A program made the translations under genes and the position numbers. A stretch of DNA of 64,000 bases, taken from NCBI GenBank assembly GCA_965240325.2, contig OZ251248.1, positions 682,001 to 746,000 on the forward strand, written 5' to 3'. This stretch comes from Rebecca billardiae RCC1528. Taxonomy: Eukaryota > Protista > Haptophyta. Below the pieces are notes generated by a model that was given only the letters and a program-made list of their open reading frames with translations, searched no databases and was not told the origin of the DNA. Shown piece by piece: positions 59,341 to 64,000 of the stretch; position 1 is the first letter of the stretch; every line of letters begins with the position of its first letter.

Positions 59341-60227
59341 GGGCCACGCGCGCAGCAGCTTACGGCTGCAGGCGCGGGGCGGCCCCGCTCTGCCGCGGGA
59401 GCCTCCGTCTCGAGCAGCGAAATGCGGCGCTGCGGCTTCTGATGCGCCGCGCGCAGTATGCGCTGATGCCGATCATTAATGATCGGGGCGTATCGCCATC
59501 AGCAGCGCGGAGCCTTGCAGCTAGTGCTGCTGAGCATCAGCTGAGCGCTGAGTGACTGACAACAGTGACTGCAGCAGCGCGCCAGCAGACGCAACAGTGT
59601 CAGCAGCGCTCAGTCTACTGCTGCTGCTGCCTGCTCAACCGTCACACCGCGGACGACTGCCACTTACCGGCAATTTCGGCAGCCAATCTGAGCCGCGGAC
59701 CAGTACGTACCGCGCGGCATCAGTATTCATAGCAGCAGGTGTGACCAGTGATGCCGCCGCTGTCATCAGGCAACGGTCAGTACTGACTACTGTCACTCAC
59801 TCTGTCAGGCCCGGCGGACTCCCGGACTCACCCGGGGACTCCGGTCCCGGAGTAGCTCGGTACGGGCTACCCGGCGAGCCGCGCGGGCCCCGACCCGGCG
59901 CGGACTCCGCCCGGGGCAGCGCAGCAGCGCCCCCGTCCGATTGTCCGTCAAGCTCTCGTCACTCGTCAGGCGCCAGCGCCGGCGGCCCGTGAGTGAGCGC
60001 GCCGCCGGCGCGGTGACACGGACCGCCGTGGCGACAGCGGCGGCCCGGGTCACGACACTGAGTGCAGTGGCGGTCCGCCGGCTGCTGGTTGTATGCTGAG
60101 CCGAGAGGCGGCGGACGATCGGCACCCGTCGGCCGACGTGTAAAAATTGGAGTTCGAGCTGCGGCGACGCAATCATTCATCGCACGGCATGCGCGCCATA
60201 GATGCGATCGAGGATGGCACGCCGATC

Positions 60228-60659
60228 TCACGCTCCTCCCGCCGACTCCTCCGGCCGCGGCGTACCGCACGTCCGCCCGTTGCACACCTCACGCCGCCCC
60301 CAGTTGGTGTTGCCGCAGCCTGGGCATTTCCAGTCGGGCGGGTTACTGTTCTTCTTCTTCCGCTGCTTCGGCGCGTCGCCCGCGCCGTCGGGGGCCGTCG
60401 TCGGGGCAGAGCGCTTTTTGACCCCGGTGTCGGCCGCTGCTTCGACTTGTTCTGCCGCAGGCTTGCTCTTTCGCTCCTTGACGCTGTCGATGTACGAAGC
60501 TCGCAGCTCGGCAGGGTCGCCTACGTGCAGCTTGGGGCACGCGTCGCCCAATGTGCAGCGCCCCTTGCGCTTCCATGCCCAGCACTGCCGCGCTTTCAGA
60601 GCGCGACCGCTCAAGCTTCTTGCGCTGGCCGTGTCGACGACGTGCTTCGCATCCGCCAT
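60228..60659 (-). CDS. Small RNA-binding-type protein with CCCH and RanBP2 zinc fingers
   Basis: CWAWKRKGRCTLGDACPKLH (C-x8-C-x5-C-x3-H) and DWKCPGCGNTNWGRREVCNGRTC, with an NLS-like KQRKKK. 143 aa. Confidence 0.75.
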   Translation of the reverse strand: MADAKHVVDTASARSLSGRALKARQCWAWKRKGRCTLGDACPKLHVGDPAELRASYIDSVKERKSKPAAEQVEAAADTGVKKRSAPTTAPDGAGDAPKQRKKKNSNPPDWKCPGCGNTNWGRREVCNGRTCGTPRPEESAGGA

Positions 60660-62173
60660 CGTCCGGCGTTATCCGTTTCTACCAAGCCCCGTGGCGGAAG
60701 GCCCTTCCGCTGCGAGGTCGCTGCGACGCGAGCGGACTCCGGAACGCCTCGTGGCGACCGGAAAGCCCGCCCAAAAAGGCCGGAAAACCCGCCACGATTT
60801 TCCGAGCTCCGCTCTCCATTTCCGAGAGCTCCGCTCGACGGATTTCCTCGCCTGAACCGCCGCGTTTATTCGCGCACTTCCGGACGACGCCTCGGTCAAA
60901 CGGACGCACCTGTCCGACTCCGTCTGAGTCGTCAGGCAGGAGGGCGGCGTGCGCCGTGCGGCGGCGGAACGGCGCGCGTGTCGCGCCGCCGCGGAGCCCT
61001 CGTGGCTAGCGCGCCTGTCTTCCGGACCTCGTGCCTGCGGCTGTGCTTCCGAGGGCGTCACTGAGCGTCTGGTAACTGCAGACCGTTCGTGCTCGGTGCC
61101 TGTGGCCGGCGGCTCGCGCCGGCCCGCCGCGCGCGCGCGGCGCGAGGCGCGCCGCGCCGCGCACAGTGTCCACCCCGAGAGAAAACGGGACGGACGTACT
61201 TGTAGCTCACTCGTGCAGACGCGAGGCGTGCGCCTCGATCGGCATCCCCGCCGCCGCGCACGGACCCGTCGAAGTCCTCTGAGCAGAGGCGCCGACGAGC
61301 GTCCTCGGGAGGTACCCCGGCGCCACGACTTGGTCCGTCCCGGGGCTCCAGCCGTCACCCCGCCATCGCCGCTTGTACTGCGCGTGCGGCGCACTCCTCG
61401 CCGCCTCGATGTCGACACGCACGCGCCCGGCCGCCTGAGTGACATTTCCAATGCTGGCCGGCGTCGCTCCGGCGGCCGAGGCGCGTCGCGCGACCCGCGC
61501 CGGCCAGCAGGCCGTGCGTCGCAGTGGGTAGGGTCAGGATCGCGTAGCCACCGTGCTGCTGAAGTCGAGAGAGCATCTGTCCGCGCTCTCGCGCGTGACG
61601 GACGTCGCGGGCGAGCGCTTGAGCGGGTGTAGCACCAGCGCGTGCATCTCGCGCGCGAGCTCCGCCGCAACTCGACGGGTGAGTCGCGCGCGTCGGCCGG
61701 ATTTCAGACCGATTTCAGATTGCTCTGGCTGCCGCCGCCCGCCCCGGGCCGGCAGGCGAATTCATTTGGCCGGAACGGTCGCCGTTTCCGAATCGGAATA
61801 CAGCTATTCATTTCATGTCGGGCGGACGCACGCCGAGCACTTCGCCGCCGCCGAGGGCAGAACGGACGGCGCCGATCGCGGCGGCCGAGCAACTCCGGAC
61901 GGCGTGCGCGGAGCTCGGCCTCGACGATGACGCCGCGTTCGTCGAGGCCGCGGACAAGGGCACTGCCGCGGACAAGGAGCTATGCCGTGCTGCTTTGGTA
62001 AGGTGACAACCGACGACTGCGCCACCTGCCTCAGCCTCGACTCGAGCCACCCGGAGCTCTTGGCGCACTACCTCGAGGCGGACTCGATTGGCGGCGTGTA
62101 GCTCAGCGTGCGCAGCCGCGCAGCCGCCTTGGTGGAGGCGGTGGGCGCGCGGCACACGGCGGCGGTGCACGGC

Positions 62174-64000
62174 GTTGACGGCAGTCGCGCGCGCGCGGAG
62201 TCGATGGCGGAGGCTGCCTCGGCCGAGTGCGCTCGCGTGCACCGCCGCCGTCGCCGAGCAAGCGTGTCCGCTCGATGTCGCGCGCCGCGGCCGGGCGCGC
62301 GGCCGCGGCCGCGGTCGCGTGCGGCGCCGCGCCGTGCCGCGCCGCCGCCTCGCCGGAAGCGGCGGGCGCGCGGCGCGCGGCGGCGGCACGCGGCGATGAC
62401 GGCAGTCGCGCGCGCGTGGAGTCGATGGCGAAGGCTGCCTCGGCCGAGTGCGCTCGCGTGCACCGCCGCCGCCGCCGAGCACACGTGTCAGCTCGATGCC
62501 GCACGCCGCGGCTGGGCGCGCGGCCGCGGCCGCGGCCGCGTGCGGCCAACGCGGCCGCGCGGCCGCGCCGCGCCGCGCCGCCGCCTCGCCGAAGGCGGCG
62601 GGCGCGCGGCGCGCGGCGGCGGCACGCGGGGATGACGGCAGTCGCGCGCGCGTGGAGTCGATGGCGGAGACTGCATCGGCCGAGTGCGCTCGCGTGCACC
62701 GCCGCCGCCGCCGAGCGCGCGTGTCAGCTCGATGCCGCGCGCCGCGGCCGGGCGCGCGGCCGCCCCCGCGGCCGCGTGCGGCGCCGCGCCGCGCCGCGCC
62801 GCCGCCTCGCCGAAGGCGGCGGGCGCGCGGCGCGCGGCGGCGGCACGCGGCGATGACGGCAGTCGCGCGCGCGTGGAGTCGATGGCGGAGACTGCATCGG
62901 CCGAGTGCGCTCGCGTGCACCGCCGCCGCCGCCGAGCACGCGTGTCAACTCGATGCCGCGCGCCGCGGCCGGGCGCGCGGCCGCGGCCGCGGCCGCGTGC
63001 GGCGCCGCGCCGCGCCGCGCCGCCGCCTCGCCGGGGGCGGCGGGCGCGCGGCGCGCGGCGGCGGCACGCGGCGATGACGGCAGTCGCGCGCGCGTGGAGT
63101 CGATGGCGAAGGCTGCCTCGGCCGAGTGCGCTCGCGTGCACCGCCGCCGCCGCCGAGCACACGTGTCAGCTCGATGCCGCGCGCCGCGGCTGGGCGCGCG
63201 GCCGCGGCCGCGGCCGCGTGCGGCCAACGCGGCCGCGCGGCCGCGCCGCGCCGCGCCGCCGCCTCGCCGAAGGCGGCGGGCGCGCGGCGCGCGGCGGCGG
63301 CACGCGGCGATGACGGCAGTCGCGCGCGGGTGGAGTCGATGGCGGAGACTGCATCGGCCGAGTGCGCTCGCGTGCACCGCCGCCGCCGCCGAGCACGCGT
63401 GTCAACTCGATGCCGCGCGCCGCGGCCGGGCGCGCGGCCGCCCCCGCGGCCGCGTGCGGCGCCGCGCCGCGCCGCGCCGCCGCCTCGCCGGGGGCGGCGG
63501 GCGCGCGGCGCGCGGCGGCGGCACGCGGCGATGACGGCAGTCGCGCGCGCGTGGAGTCGATGGCAAAGGCTGCCTCGGCCGAGTGCGCTCGCGTGCACCG
63601 CCGCCGCCGCCGAGCACGCGTGTCAACTCGATGCCGCGCGCCGCGGCCGGGCGCGCGGCCGCCCCCGCGGCCGCGTGCGGCGCCGCGCCGCGCCGCGCCG
63701 CCGCCTCGCCGGGGGCGGCGGGCGCGCGGCGCGCGGCGGCGGCACGCGGCGATGACGGCAGTCGCGCGCGCGTGGAGTCGATGGCGAAGGCTGCCTCGGC
63801 CGAGTGCGCTCGCGTGCACCGCCGCCGCCGCCGAGCACACGTGTCAGCTCGATGCCGCGCGCCGCGGCTGGGTGCGCGGCCGCGGCCGCGGCCGCGTGCG
63901 GCCAACGCGGCCGCGCGGCCGCGCCGCGCCGCGCCGCCGCCTCGCCGAAGGCGGCGGGCGCGCGGCGCGCGGCGGCGGCACGCGGCGATGACGGCAGTCG
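62174..64000. repeat. GC-rich tandem satellite of 221/236-bp monomers, running off the window end
   Basis: The marker G(A/T)TGACGGCAGTCG recurs at 62174, 62395, 62631, 62852, 63073, 63309, 63530, 63751 and 63987. Confidence 0.95.

Noticed and set aside
62174-64000. CRISPR-like array or repeat protein
   Set aside because: There are no unique spacers or cas genes. Monomers are not multiples of 3 and contain stop codons on both strands, so the 209-aa ORFs are artefacts.

Overview
This window is gene-dense, very GC-rich eukaryotic nuclear DNA with short GC-rich spliceosomal introns. An axonemal dynein shows the organism is flagellated; a haptophyte-type alga such as Diacronema/Pavlova is my guess from composition and gene content, not something I can verify. 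I reconstructed about 17 protein-coding genes. Every complete multi-exon model splices to an intact reading frame. They are: a SERGT1/HPAT-like glycosyltransferase with ShK domain, RPSA, a class I phosphodiesterase, an IQ-PH protein, a MYND finger protein, an unconventional myosin, DAP decarboxylase, a KNS3-like protein, an RluA pseudouridine synthase, an ARM protein, a UBZ-PAH protein, BTF3, TFIIIC subunit 1, an ankyrin protein, an inner-arm dynein heavy chain, a GPS2-like protein and a CCCH/RanBP2 finger protein. The window also holds three families of non-autonomous TIR transposons (4-, 7- and 9-bp target duplications), a 200-N gap and a satellite with a 678-bp higher-order unit. The standout is the phosphodiesterase (minus strand, 9131-6050). 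After splicing it carries a complete pore-less S1-S4 voltage-sensor domain fused to an intact PDE catalytic domain, making it a candidate voltage-sensing cyclic-nucleotide phosphodiesterase. The second highlight is a myosin whose tail combines a CEP164-type WW module, an SH3 domain and a C-terminal CaaX box.
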